Source: Candidatus Collierbacteria bacterium
GTDB lineage: Bacteria > Patescibacteriota > Microgenomatia > UBA1400 > MFAQ01
Reading direction: 5' to 3'
Assembly: GCA_903884375.1 (NCBI GenBank)
Contig: CAISER010000035.1
Location: forward strand, 36-64,035
Length of the DNA stretch: 64,000 bases
The translations under genes were made by a program, and so were the position numbers. The notes under the pieces were generated by a model. It saw only the letters and a program-made list of their open reading frames with translations. It had not been told where the DNA came from and searched no databases. Shown here piece after piece: positions 37,512 to 47,311 of the stretch. Within the stretch, counting starts at the first letter, position 1; each line of letters opens with the position of its first letter.

Positions 37512-38648
37512 GTGATTTTTCTTTCAATAATACTAGGTATATTTTCTTATCTGATTTCAGTTACTCCTGTTTTGGCAATATATGATCCGTTGTCTGTTCC
37601 CAATAATAAAATCGGTATTCACATTCTATTTCCTGACGAAATTGAACCAGCATCTAAAATAATTAATAATAATGGGAAAGCACAGTGGGGTTACGTTACT
37701 ATTCCAATCCAAGCAACAGATAGAGACCGAAAAAAATGGCAACTTTTTTTTGATCAATGCAAAAATAATAAAGTTATCCCTATCGTTAGAGTTGCCACTG
37801 TTGCTGAAGGTTCAAATTGGCAAGAACCCAATAATTTTGATTTGGTAGATTTTGCTAATTTTTTAGGAGATTTAAACTGGCCAACAACAAATCGTTATGT
37901 GATTATCTTTAATGAAGTAAATCGTTCTGACGAGTATGGTGGCTTTGTTTCTCCGGAAAAATATGCCGACATTCTTAATAATGCAATCGATATATTTAAA
38001 GCAAAATCAGCTGATTTTTTTCTACTTCCTGCAGGTCTGGATAATGCCGCCATTAACACAAAAACATCATTTAACTGGAGAAGGTATCTTGAAAGAATGT
38101 ATCTTCGGCATCCTAATATTTTTAATAAAATAGATGGCTGGACCTCACATGCCTATCCTAATCCTGATTTTTCTTCACGACCAGACATATCCGGAGTCAA
38201 TAAAGTTGACTCATTTAGAACTGATCTTAAATATATTAAGCTTTTCAGTAACAAAAAGCTCCCCGTCTTTATTACTGAAACTGGTTGGTCTAGAAAGTAT
38301 CTTTCCGAACATCAAATATCGCTTTATTATCAATATGTCCTCACTCATCAATGGAATGACCCAAATATTGTAGCTATTACTCCATTTCTTTTATCTGCAC
38401 AAGATGGAGCGTTTATGGATTTTAGTTTTAAAAATACCGATGGTGAATACAAAGAATTTGCACAAACCTTAAGTGATTATTCAACAATTGGTGAACCTAT
38501 ACTAACTCAAAAACAAGAAATAATTGAACTGCCTATTATCTCAGCCACAACTTCAGTTCAAATAACGAAATCAAATAATGAAAATTCTTTCACACTTTTA
38601 AAAAGGCTTTACAATAGCTTGTTATCTCTAATGAGTATATTTAAATAA
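37512..38648 (+). CDS. Secreted clan GH-A (TIM-barrel, GH5-like) glycoside hydrolase.
   Basis: N-terminal signal/TM. NE motif (IIFNEVNRSDE) and nucleophile motif (VFITETGWS) at the expected spacing. Confidence 0.5.
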   Translation: MIFLSIILGIFSYLISVTPVLAIYDPLSVPNNKIGIHILFPDEIEPASKIINNNGKAQWGYVTIPIQATDRDRKKWQLFFDQCKNNKVIPIVRVATVAEGSNWQEPNNFDLVDFANFLGDLNWPTTNRYVIIFNEVNRSDEYGGFVSPEKYADILNNAIDIFKAKSADFFLLPAGLDNAAINTKTSFNWRRYLERMYLRHPNIFNKIDGWTSHAYPNPDFSSRPDISGVNKVDSFRTDLKYIKLFSNKKLPVFITETGWSRKYLSEHQISLYYQYVLTHQWNDPNIVAITPFLLSAQDGAFMDFSFKNTDGEYKEFAQTLSDYSTIGEPILTQKQEIIELPIISATTSVQITKSNNENSFTLLKRLYNSLLSLMSIFK

Positions 38649-39332
38649 ATGATTATTCTTCATGGCGAAGATGCCAATAAATCATACGAACGGCTTACCA
38701 CACTAATTAACGAACTGAGGACAAAACAGGTTGATGTAATAACTCAAGACGCTTCCGAAATCGATCTCACAACTCTCAGACAAGAAATAGGTTCAGCAGG
38801 TCTATTTGGATCAGACAAATGTTTTGTAATCAAAAATCTATTAACCGGACAAAAGTCAAAAAATAGTGAAAAACTACTTGTAATATTAAAACAAGAAACT
38901 AATCACGAAATAATTTTATGGGAAAACAAGGGTATTACTCCCACTATTCTAAAAAAAATTCCCAAGGCCAAAATCGAATCATTTGCCATTAGTCCGTTAA
39001 TATTTAAATTTTTAGACTCTATTCGTCCAAATAACATAAAAAATATTCTTCTTTCATGGAAAAAAATGCAAAATGAAGACATCGAGCCTGAGTTTGTTTT
39101 TAGCATGATTGTTCGACAAATTAAACTAATGATTCAGGCAAAATCAGGTCCTTCTTTTCTTAAACTCGCGCCTTATCCCACAAGGCTAATATCTCAACAA
39201 GCAACCTACTTTACACTTGAACATCTTCTTGATATCTATCATCAACTTTATGAAATCGAAAATAAAATTAAAACAGGTGTTGGTGGTAATACACTAGAAT
39301 ATCTACTCACTAATATTTTTCAAAAAATATAA
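38649..39332 (+). CDS. holA: Short DNA polymerase III delta-subunit-like protein.
   Basis: N-terminal IILHGEDANKSYERL...LFGSDKCFVIKN resembles the HolA N-terminus. Only 227 aa, so the assignment is tentative. Confidence 0.4.
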   Translation: MIILHGEDANKSYERLTTLINELRTKQVDVITQDASEIDLTTLRQEIGSAGLFGSDKCFVIKNLLTGQKSKNSEKLLVILKQETNHEIILWENKGITPTILKKIPKAKIESFAISPLIFKFLDSIRPNNIKNILLSWKKMQNEDIEPEFVFSMIVRQIKLMIQAKSGPSFLKLAPYPTRLISQQATYFTLEHLLDIYHQLYEIENKIKTGVGGNTLEYLLTNIFQKI

Positions 39333-39375
39333 GTAGTATGATAGGGAAAGAAGGGTTACTAATTAAAAACAAAGA

Positions 39376-39654
39376 ATGATAGACAAAAATCAAAAAGGTC
39401 AAGGAGCAGTCTGGGTTATTCTAATCATTGCCATTATTGCCCTTATCGCCATTTGGATATCGAAAAATCCAATCAAACCATCAACCACCTCGGTTTCTGA
39501 AACAAATGAAATATCAATATCTCCAAGCATAACGGTTACGGTAACTTCCGCGAAAACATTACAAGAAATCGAAAAATCACTTAAAGACTTAAATGCCGAA
39601 AGTTCAGAAATAGATAATAGCCTTAACGACACTCAATTAGATATCACTCAATAA
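39376..39654 (+). CDS. Small membrane-anchored hypothetical protein.
   Basis: N-terminal TM segment (AVWVILIIAIIALIAIWI). S/T-rich tail. Confidence 0.4.
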   Translation: MIDKNQKGQGAVWVILIIAIIALIAIWISKNPIKPSTTSVSETNEISISPSITVTVTSAKTLQEIEKSLKDLNAESSEIDNSLNDTQLDITQ

Positions 39655-39659
39655 CAAAA

Positions 39660-40376
39660 ATGAAGAAAAAATTAATTATCGTTAACAGTGTTCTGTTTAC
39701 CGGTTTATCTTTAATATATTCTCAAAAAGTGATAGCCCTTACTTTTAAGAATTTAAAAGACACATATATTCCGGTTATTACCACGGCAGTTACTCCTACA
39801 CCTACACCGACGTCAGTAGTAATAAAACGGCCAACAATTAATCTTCAATTTAAAGTTACATTAAAGAAAACTAACGCCATTAAAGAGATAGATAGACGTA
39901 TGGAAAGCCTTGGTAAACTCATTGATAAAATAACCGGCATTCAAAGGATAACTCAAACACAAAAAGAAACCTTAATTGCACAAATAAATATTGAAATCAC
40001 TAAGCTTACTGAGTTAAAAACAGCCATCGAAAATGAAACCGATGCCATTAAGCTCCAGGAGCAAAAAAAATCAATCACTGATTCATATCGAATATATGGT
40101 CTATTTATGCCTAAAATTCAAATCATTGCTCATGCAGATAAAATAATTAATATTGCCGAATCAATCTATTTGAAAACAACAGACGAAGGTTTAAAAAAAA
40201 TAATTACCGATTCAAAAGCAAAGGCGCAAAGCGCAATAGATCTAGTTATAATACTTGAACCGGAAAAATTCCCTGGCAACAAAGCGGAGCTTAAAGAAGC
40301 AAAGAATATGCTTCGTGATGCACGAACCAGTCTTAATACGGTATTTTCTACAATAAAAGGGGTATCAAGCATCTAA
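39660..40376 (+). CDS. Secreted or membrane-anchored coiled-coil hypothetical protein.
   Basis: N-terminal hydrophobic segment. TPTPTPT linker. Alpha-helical heptad-like body. Confidence 0.4.
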   Translation: MKKKLIIVNSVLFTGLSLIYSQKVIALTFKNLKDTYIPVITTAVTPTPTPTSVVIKRPTINLQFKVTLKKTNAIKEIDRRMESLGKLIDKITGIQRITQTQKETLIAQINIEITKLTELKTAIENETDAIKLQEQKKSITDSYRIYGLFMPKIQIIAHADKIINIAESIYLKTTDEGLKKIITDSKAKAQSAIDLVIILEPEKFPGNKAELKEAKNMLRDARTSLNTVFSTIKGVSSI

Positions 40377-40641
40377 AACATTCGGGTATCAGAGGCTATA
40401 AATAGCATATTAGAATAAATCTGAGTAGGGTGTTTTTGGTGGAGGGAAATATTACTAAGAAAAGTATGATTTTTAACTCTTATACAAACCCGAGAAAGAT
40501 TCGTATAAAAAATGACCTTAAACATGCTATAATATCCCATATTGTTCTTAAGGCCGAGCATTTAGCTCGTCTTGCTTGACGCTCTCACGATTGTCTAGCT
40601 TGTATTTTCCATAGGACAATCGGGGACATTCCCCACAAAAT

Positions 40642-41865
40642 ATGCTTAATCAACGCCGTTTCGGTGGTCGTGGCTTTTCAAGTCATGGGTCAAATCGTGG
40701 TACCAGCCACACAAATATTAGACGTTCTTCTTTTGGGGTTAACCGAAGATCTCGTTTCATGCCTAAACTCATGAATCCAATGATGTTCGTTCGTCCCGCC
40801 ATGCCTAATCAACAGGAAGAAATAATTATCCAGCATAAGTTTTCTGACTTCGATATGCCAGAACAGCTAATAAAAAATATAAACAGTAAAGGTTATGTTA
40901 TCCCAACTCCCATTCAGGATGTAGCTCTCGAAGCTTCTTTAGCAGGAAAAGATGTGCTCGGGTTAGCTGATACAGGCACGGGAAAAACTGCTGTTTTTGC
41001 TCTTTCCGTGATAAAAAATATTTTAGAAAATCCAAACGATACGGCACTTGTTGTTGCCCCTACAAGAGAATTGGCTGTTCAGATAAGAGATGAGATCAGG
41101 TCATTGTCTGGTGGATTACAAATATATGCCAGTCTTTTTATTGGAGGTTCAGATATCCGCCGTCAACTAGATGAATTAAGACGACGTCCAAATGTCTATA
41201 TTGGTACACCAGGACGCCTCAGAGACCTATACAATCGTCGAGCTTTAAATCTATCAAACACACGAATTGTCGTCCTCGACGAAGTAGATAGAATGCTAGA
41301 TATGGGGTTTGTTCACGAAATAACACAGCTTCTTTCTTTTTTACCCAAAGAACATCAAACCCTCTTATTTTCAGCCACCATTGATCAAAAAGTTGAAGGT
41401 ATCGCTCTTCAGTTTATGAACAATCCAGAAAAGATTTCGGTTAAAACAAATGCGGGATCATTAAATGTCGATCAAAATATCATTAGAGCCACAGGGAAAC
41501 AAGGTAAATTTGCCGTATTAAGTGATTTACTGTCCAAAGAAAACTTTAGAAAGGTGTTAATCTTTGGACGTACCAAATACGGAGTTGAAGAAATTGCCAT
41601 TAATCTTCAAAAATCAGGTTTCAATGCCGACTCAATTCATGGAGATAAGAGGCAAAACCAAAGAGAAACAGTATTAAGGAAATTTAAAGAAAATCAAATT
41701 AGAATTCTTTGCGCAACCGATGTTGCCGCAAGGGGAATTGATGTTAAAGATATCACTCATGTAATAAATTTCGATCAACCAGCAACATATGAAGATTATA
41801 TTCATCGTATTGGTCGAACTGGTAGAGCTGGAAAATCAGGCATAGCTCTCACGTTTGTTGACTAA
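40642..41865 (+). CDS. DEAD-box ATP-dependent RNA helicase with an N-terminal Arg/Gly-rich extension.
   Basis: Q-motif (PTPIQ). Walker A DTGTGKTAVFAL. DEVD (VLDEVDRMLD). SAT. HRIGRTGRAG. Confidence 0.9.
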   Translation: MLNQRRFGGRGFSSHGSNRGTSHTNIRRSSFGVNRRSRFMPKLMNPMMFVRPAMPNQQEEIIIQHKFSDFDMPEQLIKNINSKGYVIPTPIQDVALEASLAGKDVLGLADTGTGKTAVFALSVIKNILENPNDTALVVAPTRELAVQIRDEIRSLSGGLQIYASLFIGGSDIRRQLDELRRRPNVYIGTPGRLRDLYNRRALNLSNTRIVVLDEVDRMLDMGFVHEITQLLSFLPKEHQTLLFSATIDQKVEGIALQFMNNPEKISVKTNAGSLNVDQNIIRATGKQGKFAVLSDLLSKENFRKVLIFGRTKYGVEEIAINLQKSGFNADSIHGDKRQNQRETVLRKFKENQIRILCATDVAARGIDVKDITHVINFDQPATYEDYIHRIGRTGRAGKSGIALTFVD

Positions 41866-41955
41866 GATAATATTTATCGAACTTGGTATAATCCTGACCA
41901 GCACATTAACTTGGTTAGTTAAGTAACATATTCTGTGACATCATAAAGGAGAAGA

Positions 41956-43098
41956 ATGCCAAAAAATATACAAATAATCATTTATTGGATTATGATCGTT
42001 GTGGTTATTTTTATTGGTTATTATATTTTCCAAACAATAGTTCCTTTATCTTCCGATACAGAATTTCCATCATCCGCACAGGAGGTAAGGGGTGCGACAA
42101 CAGATACCCAACTATACTCACAAACTCCATCAAAAGAAGATATCAATTATGAAATATATTTTACAAACCCAACTGAATCATTTAATAACACCGTTGAACA
42201 AGCCTTAATAAGTAAAATTGATAGTTCAAAAACTTCAATCGATATGGCCGTATTTGAATTCGATATCGAAGAGGTAGCTCAGGCGTTAATCAGGGCAGCC
42301 AATAGAGGTGTCATCATCAAAATTGTCTATGACAACGAATACACCGATTCTGACCCACAAATGAGAGAAATAAGCACTGCAGGAATTTCTGTAGTCCCGG
42401 ATAATCGATCTGCCCTCATGCACAATAAGTTTTTTATTTTTGACAACACCTGTGTGTGGACTGGATCTTTTAATATCTCAAACAATGCCTCGCTCAAAAA
42501 TAATGAAAATGCCATCTATTTCTGTTCACCTGAAGCTGCCCAAAATTACACCACAGAATTTGAGGAAATGTATAACGGACAGTTTGGATCTTCTTCTCCT
42601 TCCGACACCCCATTTCCTACCTTTAGCATAAATGGCTATACAGTAGAGAACTGCTTCGCTCCCGAAGATCACTGTATGGGAAAAGTCATTAATGCCGTGA
42701 ATAATGCAAAGAGTTCTATTCATTTTATGGCTTTTAGCTTTACCGACGGCGATCTTGCAAATGTAATGATCGATGATTCAAATAGGGGAGTGACTGTTGA
42801 AGGAATTTTTGAAACTAGAGGTGCCGATGCAGAATACTCAGAATGCGGAACTTTACTAAAAAAAGGCTATGACATTCGCCTCGATGGAAATCCAGCCACT
42901 TTTCATCACAAAGTAATTATCGTTGATGGAAAGTATGTCATTTTTGGCTCGTTTAATTTCACGTCAAGCGCAGACACCAAAAATGATGAAAACCTATTAA
43001 TCTGGTACGATCCTGTACTAGCTCAATTCTTTGAACAGCAATATCAACTGATGAAATCACAAGCGGTTGTGCCATCAGGGGAAACCTGTACAAAATAA
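41956..43098 (+). CDS. Membrane-anchored phospholipase D-family protein (two HKD motifs).
   Basis: N-terminal TM segment. HKD motif 1 ALMHNKFFIFD. HKD motif 2 TFHHKVIIVDGKYVIFGSFNFTSSA. Confidence 0.8.
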   Translation: MPKNIQIIIYWIMIVVVIFIGYYIFQTIVPLSSDTEFPSSAQEVRGATTDTQLYSQTPSKEDINYEIYFTNPTESFNNTVEQALISKIDSSKTSIDMAVFEFDIEEVAQALIRAANRGVIIKIVYDNEYTDSDPQMREISTAGISVVPDNRSALMHNKFFIFDNTCVWTGSFNISNNASLKNNENAIYFCSPEAAQNYTTEFEEMYNGQFGSSSPSDTPFPTFSINGYTVENCFAPEDHCMGKVINAVNNAKSSIHFMAFSFTDGDLANVMIDDSNRGVTVEGIFETRGADAEYSECGTLLKKGYDIRLDGNPATFHHKVIIVDGKYVIFGSFNFTSSADTKNDENLLIWYDPVLAQFFEQQYQLMKSQAVVPSGETCTK

Positions 43099-43103
43099 AT
43101 AAC

Positions 43104-43137
43104 AAAAAAAGCCCTCCTTGATGGAGGGCGTTTTATT
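43104..43137. terminator. Bidirectional rho-independent terminator between convergent genes.
   Basis: A7-GCCCTCC-TTGAT-GGAGGGC-GTTTTATT. Confidence 0.7.
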
Positions 43138-43372
43138 ATCCAAACCAGGGGTCGGGATGGTCAGTACCGCCGGAAAGGTTTATATATTCAATTGTTTTAG
43201 AAGAAAGGTCACCACCTGATTCAAGAATTTTTAATCCATAGAACATCCAAGGGGCAGGTTGCTTTTCTAATGTATCGGAACGCATTCCTTCATTAAAAGC
43301 ATCAATCACAAACTGCCTTTGCCATTCTTCTAGGCTTATTTGATTACTCACATTATCCTCCTTAAAGAACAA
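43136..43372 (-). CDS. Hypothetical protein (78 aa).
   Basis: ORF only. No motif recognised. Confidence 0.3.
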   Translation of the reverse strand: MFFKEDNVSNQISLEEWQRQFVIDAFNEGMRSDTLEKQPAPWMFYGLKILESGGDLSSKTIEYINLSGGTDHPDPWFG

Positions 43373-43404
43373 TTAGGAAGATTATAACAAACTAATAGTA
43401 TTCG

Positions 43405-44883
43405 ATGAATTTATATAATTTTAAAAGACTAATGATACGTATATTGCTGCCTATTTCTTATTGGTATACTCAATGTATGAAGATAAACCCAAATATATAT
43501 CGTGGTTATGATATTCGAGGAATATCAGGACAAGACTTGTCAACGGAAGTATATTATCAACTTGGTAGGGGATATGCCACTTTTCTTAATCAAAGAAGAA
43601 TTAGTTTGTGTCCGGTAGGTTGTGACAACCGCTTAACAAGTGAAGTATATAAATCTGCTTTTATAAAAGGATTAAACGAAGGTGGCATTGACACAATTGA
43701 TTTGGGGTTATCAATGAGTCAAATAGTTTATTTTAGTTCTTATTCCTATTTAACAAAAGGCGGAGCGATGATTACAGCTTCTCATAACCCCAAAGAGTTT
43801 AATGGTTTAAAACTTTCAGTAGGATACTCAGATACAATGATCACCGAGGAAATTCAAGAATTAAAAAATATTATTGAAAAAGGAAAATATTCTTCTGGAA
43901 AAGGAAAAAATGTTTCAAAAGATTTATTCCCAACATATCTTAATGAAATATCAAAATATAATAATCTGTCAAAAAAATGGAAGGTTGTTATCGACGGTTG
44001 CAATACAGGATCAGGGATTTATTATCCAAAAATACTTAAAAAGGCAGGATGTGAAGTTATTGAACAAAACTGCATACCAGATGGTAATTATCCGTTAGGT
44101 AATCCAGATCCTACCGAAAGTGAAGTGCTTGATCGATTAGCCCTAACTGTAAAAAAAGAAAACGCCGATATCGGTTTTGCTTACGACGCAGATGGAGATA
44201 GAATGGCAGTGGTAGATAATGAAGGACAAGTATTGTGGATGGATGTCATTGTGGCTTTATTTGCTCAAGATGTGCTTGACTATATTCCAAATGCACCAAT
44301 TGTCTACAACAATCTTTGTTCGAAAGTGGTATCTGAAACAATAATTAGCCATGGAGGTAAACCAATAATATCCAGAACCGGTCATTCATTTGTAAAATCA
44401 AAAATAAAAGAGGTTAGATCACCTTTTGGTGGTGAACTATCGGGACATATATTTTTTATGGATAATTTCTATGGACATGATGATGCGGCTTATGCATCTC
44501 TTCGATTATTAAGTTATTTAGAAAGAAAAAATCAAAATTTACACGACGCTGTCGGTTTACTTCCAAAATACTACAGCAGTCCGGAAATTAAGTTAGGGTT
44601 GGAAGACAGTATTAAATTTAATTTTATTTCGGACCATATAAAAAATGACCTAATAAATCTATTACCTAATGGCAACATTAATGAAGTTGATGGAGTCCGA
44701 ATTGACACAGATTTATCTATGGTTGTCGTCCGGGCATCACAAAACGGACCATACATAACAATAAAATTTGAAAGTAAATCTAAACAGGAATATGACTCAT
44801 TGAAAATAGCTATCGCCAATATTTTTCAAAAATATCCGGAAATTGATTGGTCAACAGGTTCAAATACTTCAGCTTTAAGATAA
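43405..44883 (+). CDS. Phosphoglucomutase/phosphomannomutase family protein (an alternative start at 43477 gives the typical N-terminus).
   Basis: Active-site loop GGAMITASHNPKEFNGLK. Mg-binding FAYDADGDR. Sugar-binding GGELSGH. Confidence 0.85.
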   Translation: MNLYNFKRLMIRILLPISYWYTQCMKINPNIYRGYDIRGISGQDLSTEVYYQLGRGYATFLNQRRISLCPVGCDNRLTSEVYKSAFIKGLNEGGIDTIDLGLSMSQIVYFSSYSYLTKGGAMITASHNPKEFNGLKLSVGYSDTMITEEIQELKNIIEKGKYSSGKGKNVSKDLFPTYLNEISKYNNLSKKWKVVIDGCNTGSGIYYPKILKKAGCEVIEQNCIPDGNYPLGNPDPTESEVLDRLALTVKKENADIGFAYDADGDRMAVVDNEGQVLWMDVIVALFAQDVLDYIPNAPIVYNNLCSKVVSETIISHGGKPIISRTGHSFVKSKIKEVRSPFGGELSGHIFFMDNFYGHDDAAYASLRLLSYLERKNQNLHDAVGLLPKYYSSPEIKLGLEDSIKFNFISDHIKNDLINLLPNGNINEVDGVRIDTDLSMVVVRASQNGPYITIKFESKSKQEYDSLKIAIANIFQKYPEIDWSTGSNTSALR

Positions 44884-44898
44884 CTAAAACAGTATCTT

Positions 44899-46215
44899 AT
44901 GGGAAGAGAAATAATTGTCGGTTTGCATTTTTATCAACCTCCAAGAGAAGCATTTCATTCTTCATTGCAAGATATATCTACCGATTCAAAAAATCAAAAC
45001 TGGACAAAAATAATTGAAAAACAATGCTATGAACCGTTGGCAAAAATAGGAATCTTAAACAAAGCATCATTTGATATCTATCAATCATTATTGCTCCAAT
45101 TAGAAAAAATTGATCCAAAAATCGCGTCAGTCTATCAACAATCAATGAAAGAAAATGGCATTGGAGAATCGTTTATTCACCCAATCCTTCCTGATCTATC
45201 GTTATCAGATAAATCGATTGTAATATCTGCCGGGGTTCATCGATTTAAGGAGATAACTGGTATAAGTCCAAAAATATTTTGGCCTCCTGAAACTGCAATT
45301 GATAAAGAAACTTTAGAAGTGTTAGTTAATAATGGATATCAAGGTTTTATCTGTGCCCCGGAGCAGGTAATTCAGTTTGATGGTCAAAGATCAGATAATT
45401 CTCCAACATTAATAAAACTTAATCGTGGAAGAGAGATCATTGCCTATCCCTTTGATAGATCGATAAGTAGTAATCTTGCCTTTGATCCTAAGAAAAATGC
45501 TGACATCTTTACTCAAATGTATATAAATCCAATTAAAGAAAAAATCTCATCAAATAAACTAATTATCGCCTGGACAGATGCGGAAACATTTGGTCACCAT
45601 TTTAAATATGGAGATAAATTCTTAAGTTATTTGTTGGATACGTCACTCCCTAATTCAGGTCTTTATCCTGTATCAATCAACGATATTAAATTTGACTATT
45701 CAAAGCTTTTTACAGGGAAAATAATAGAAAGATCGTCCTGGAGTTGTCCGCACGGAAATTTAATTCGTTGGAATGGAGTCTGTGGTTGTAGTTCTGGAAA
45801 CGATTCTTCATGGAAACAACCATTTATGGAAACAATGAGATTCCTAAACAATCAAATATCTTTAATATTAAAACAAGAAATTGGTAATGGATACGAACAA
45901 CTAATCGCCGAAAATTTTTACCATTTATATGGTCAATCAATTGAATCAAATAACCTATTTGATAATTTAATACGGGCGAAAATATCATCTCTTGTTGCCC
46001 AAACAAGCTGTGCCACATTTTTTTCAAATCCAGATGTATCAGCGAAAATAAACTTACTTTATGCTTATCAAGCCTTACTTTATCTTAAAGAATCTGGTTT
46101 GTCACGATTGGTTCATGAACTAGAAACTGTTTTTATTAATAAATTAAATTCAATATATTTCTCAAGTGTCAATAGTACGGCATTTTCGGTGTTAGAAAAA
46201 ATGTTGCATCAATAA
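44899..46215 (+). CDS. Glycoside hydrolase family 57-like protein (short).
   Basis: GLHFYQPPRE resembles GH57 region I (HQHQP). AWTDAETFGHH resembles GH57 region IV (DGEKFG), which carries the catalytic Glu. Confidence 0.5.
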   Translation: MGREIIVGLHFYQPPREAFHSSLQDISTDSKNQNWTKIIEKQCYEPLAKIGILNKASFDIYQSLLLQLEKIDPKIASVYQQSMKENGIGESFIHPILPDLSLSDKSIVISAGVHRFKEITGISPKIFWPPETAIDKETLEVLVNNGYQGFICAPEQVIQFDGQRSDNSPTLIKLNRGREIIAYPFDRSISSNLAFDPKKNADIFTQMYINPIKEKISSNKLIIAWTDAETFGHHFKYGDKFLSYLLDTSLPNSGLYPVSINDIKFDYSKLFTGKIIERSSWSCPHGNLIRWNGVCGCSSGNDSSWKQPFMETMRFLNNQISLILKQEIGNGYEQLIAENFYHLYGQSIESNNLFDNLIRAKISSLVAQTSCATFFSNPDVSAKINLLYAYQALLYLKESGLSRLVHELETVFINKLNSIYFSSVNSTAFSVLEKMLHQ

Positions 46216-46219
46216 GATA

Positions 46220-47311
46220 TTGGTATACTTAAATATCTCGATGAAAACCCAACTTGACGATCCCAAAAATCTAGCTTTGTATGATACCTTAGGTGTTTAT
46301 CAATCCATTGTTTTGTTAGGTCAACAGTTTGAGTCTGCCTGGCACGATTCACAATTTGTCAGTTTAAATTTTGATGTTGAAACTATTAAAAATATCGTCT
46401 TTGTCGGTATGGGAGGTTCTAATCTCCCCGCATATATTGTTCAATCATTATCACCTTTGCTTCTCAAAATACCAATGGAAATTATTTCTAATTATCGTTT
46501 GCCCCAATATGCGTCGACTGATACTTTAGTTGTCCTCGCAAGTTATTCTGGTAATACTGAAGAAATATTATCTTGTGCTCATGATGCCGAAAAAAGAAAA
46601 TGCAATACGGTTGTTATAACAACAAATGGAAAACTTAAATCTTTAGCCATTTCTGCACACTATCCACTTATTCAGTTAGATGAAGAGCTAAATCGGTCTC
46701 ACAAACCAAGATTTGGGATTGGTTTGATGTTGGGAGCTGTGATGGGATTGATGATACGTATTAATCCGGAAGCTTATCGTTTTTTAGATTCAAAAGATAT
46801 TGTTCATATTTTTGATAAAACATTGTCTACTTTAAAATCAGAAATTAATACCGACAATAATCCAGCAAAACTATTCGCCCTTAAAAATAAAGGTCAGGCA
46901 ATTATCATCTATTGCGCAAATCACCTTGCTGGGGTAGGAAAAATCTCAGCAAATTTTTTTAATGAAACATCGAAAACCTTTTCTTGTTTCTTTACGATTC
47001 CGGACTTAAATCATCATTTAATGGAAGGATTGGTTTTCCCAATAAATTTCAAGGATCAAGCAAGATTTATTTTATTAAATTCATCACTTTATCCTGAGGT
47101 AATTCAAAAAAGATTCCAAATTACAAAAGATATTCTAATTAAACAAAATTATCAGCTTACTGAAATTAAACCGGAATCGACTAATATCGTATCTCAGGTA
47201 TTTGAATCACTGGTCTTTTTAATCATGATTAGCTATTATTTAAGTATAGTCAACAAGCAAGACCCTGGTACAAACCCTTGGGTAGACTTTTTTAAAAAAC
47301 AATTAACTTAA
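46220..47311 (+). CDS. SIS-domain sugar-phosphate isomerase (candidate bifunctional phosphoglucose/phosphomannose isomerase).
   Basis: SIS motif VFVGMGGSNLPAYIV...LVVLASYSGNTEE and a second SIS-like half. Context is between PGM and ppsA. Confidence 0.45.
   Translation: MVYLNISMKTQLDDPKNLALYDTLGVYQSIVLLGQQFESAWHDSQFVSLNFDVETIKNIVFVGMGGSNLPAYIVQSLSPLLLKIPMEIISNYRLPQYASTDTLVVLASYSGNTEEILSCAHDAEKRKCNTVVITTNGKLKSLAISAHYPLIQLDEELNRSHKPRFGIGLMLGAVMGLMIRINPEAYRFLDSKDIVHIFDKTLSTLKSEINTDNNPAKLFALKNKGQAIIIYCANHLAGVGKISANFFNETSKTFSCFFTIPDLNHHLMEGLVFPINFKDQARFILLNSSLYPEVIQKRFQITKDILIKQNYQLTEIKPESTNIVSQVFESLVFLIMISYYLSIVNKQDPGTNPWVDFFKKQLT

Noticed and set aside
40500-40620. Possible sigma70-like promoter elements (TATAAT at 40527-40532; TTGACG at 40576-40581) upstream of the DEAD-box helicase.
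   Set aside because: Spacing to any matching -35 or -10 partner is non-canonical (9 or 22 nt), so this is not reported as a feature.
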